DNA of 63,396 nucleotides, filler included, from Reclinomonas americana ATCC 50394 (Eukaryota): NCBI GenBank assembly GCA_048213135.1. It is 15 parts of 15 records of this genome, joined end to end, with 100 filler letters (N's around TTAATTAATTAA, not from the genome) between each part and the next. Parts side by side here need not be neighbours in the genome. Positions count along the whole stretch, not along the records: positions 57,316 to 63,396 come from AFZH01017215.1; 14 more parts are not named here. One strand, 5' to 3'. Shown piece by piece: positions 61,593 to 63,396 of this stretch (position 1 is its first letter; each line of letters starts with the position of its first letter). The notes under the pieces were generated by a model. It saw only the letters and a program-made list of their open reading frames with translations, ran no database searches and was not told where the DNA came from. The position numbers and the translations under genes were made by a program.

Positions 61593-63396
61593 ATCGCTGC
61601 TTGTTTGCGCGATGTTCATTTCTGTGCGTGGGCAGTGCTTGGCGGTGGCCTCCGGACTGACTCTCGGCAAGGAGGGTCCTTTTGTGCACCTCTCGTGCTG
61701 CATCGGCAACATTTGCTGTCGCCTCTTCCGCAAGTTCAGGATGAATCCAGGTGCGTGTGTGAGAAGGAGGAAGGGGGGAGGGAAGGGAAGGAAAGAGGGA
61801 GATTGAGAGAAGGGAAGAGGGAGTGAGAGTGAGAGAGAATGGTAGGGGTGTGTGTGGGAATGGGGGAAAGGAAGAGGATGGGAGAGGAAGGGACGGGGGA
61901 GTGAGTGAGATTGAGGGAAAGGAAGAGTGAGAGTGGGAAGAAGGAAGAGAGAGAGAGAGAGGAGAGGAAGTGAGTGAGAGTAAGGGAAAGGATAGATGTG
62001 GGAGTGAGGGATAGGAAGAGTGTGTGAGAGAAAGGGAAAGGAAGAGGAGGGAGGAGTGAGGGAAGAGAAGAGGGAGTGGGCGCGAGTGAGAGAACGTGGG
62101 AGGCAGTGAGTGAGTGAAGAGAAGCGGGAGTGAGTGACCGAGTGAGTGCCGTGTGCGTGTGAGAGTGAGTGATTGTGAGACATGCAGATGTGTCGACAAA
62201 CAATATCCGGCTCTCTCACTCACCCTTTCACAACAATGCAGTCAAGAAAGTAGAGATTCTGTCCACGTCGTGTGCCGCCAGCATTGCCGTGGCTTTCGGC
62301 GCACCACTTGGCGGCGTGCTGTTCAGTCTGGAGGAGACGACGTACTTTTGGTCGCACAAGATCATGTGGCGCTCCTTCTTTGCCTCGATCACCTCCGTTG
62401 TGGTGTTGTCGGTGCGTCTTCGTATGTGAGCGTGGTGTATGGACTCTCCTCAATCTGTGCGCTCTTTGTATGTACAGCTACTGGGCCCGAACATCAATGA
62501 CAAGCTGGTGCTCTTCCAAGTCAGCTTCCACATTCCGTGGAAGTGGTTTGAGATGATCTTCTTTGTGCTGCTCGGCTTTGTGTGCGGCATTCTCGGCGGC
62601 GTCTTTTGTCGCCTCAACCGATTGTGGATGCGTTTCCGCATGCGCACGCGCTGGATTCGAGACTGGCCCATCACCGAGGTGGCCCTGCTCACGGTGGCCA
62701 CCACGCTTGTGGCGTATCCCAACGAGCTCACTCGGTGCGCTTCAACATTGAGTGCTCTGGTGTTCCTGTGTTTGTTTTCTCATTCTCATCATGCAGACGA
62801 TCGTCGCTCAATGTGCTGGCGGCCATGTTCACCGACTGCGATGCGCAGCTGTTCATCGACACTCACGGATTGTGTCCGTGAGTTGCCACCACCAGCAGCA
62901 CCGTTCTCTGCAGTGCTGTCAACTCATTCTTCCGTGTCTTCGTGTCACGCAGTACGGGCACGGTGGAGAGTGCGTTCTTTTTCCTGGCTGCGCTGATGAA
63001 GTTTGGCTTCCTCATCATCACGATTGGCATCATGGTTGGTTGGCACTCGCACACACTCACCTATATTGGTGCTCATTCTAGTCTCCCAGGTGCCATCCGG
63101 TCTCTTCATCCCGTCGCTGTGTATTGGAGCTCTTCTCGGCCGCGGCTTTGGCACGCTGCTCAAGAGCTTTGCCTTGTTGCGCACCTGGCTGTGTTTGCCT
63201 CGTGCGTGTGTCGTTGCACTCAGTTGTCTTTCTCGTTCCGCGTACACAGAAGCCACCAAGATTTGTTCTCCACCTGCATGGCCGAGGGCGCCAATCGGTG
63301 CATCGTACCGGCCGTGTACGCGCTGGTGGCGGCGCCGTCGTTGCTGACGGGTGTCACCCGAATGACAGGTACGCGTCGCCGAGACCGTTGCCTTTT
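60307..63396 (+). CDS. CLC chloride/proton antiporter (CLC-3/4/5/Gef1-like), runs off the window end
   Basis: [16 protein letters not shown] (gating Glu), [38 protein letters not shown]; acidic N-terminal tail with the dileucine-like motifs DPHELL and ESKPLL. Confidence 0.95.

Overview
Intron-rich eukaryotic (probably protist) draft scaffold of 15 contigs joined by N-TTAATTAATTAA-N linkers, with CT/GA/CA microsatellites; the organism cannot be named from sequence alone. The left ~40 kb looks like a recognition/defence island. It holds three tandem paralogs of an NLR-like gene with the architecture ubiquitin-like header + putative HEPN RNase (RNxxxH) + NACHT + pentapeptide repeats + highly self-similar WD40 repeats with hypervariable surface positions: one intact, one with an in-frame TAA, and one pseudogene whose RNxxxH motif is deleted. 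Next come a multi-exon Ig-like-repeat/H-type-lectin-like gene and two tandem copies of a secreted lectin-like/EGF/Asp-box beta-propeller gene (14 blades in the complete copy) that also varies mainly at loop positions. The right part has MTHFR-like 5' exons, an HSL-family esterase, a PLAC8-like gene, a gene with four copies of an unrecognised domain, PSMB5, two CPH-like domain genes, an insulinase (M16A) and a CLC transporter. All domain calls are by eye from motifs and need HMM or structure confirmation.
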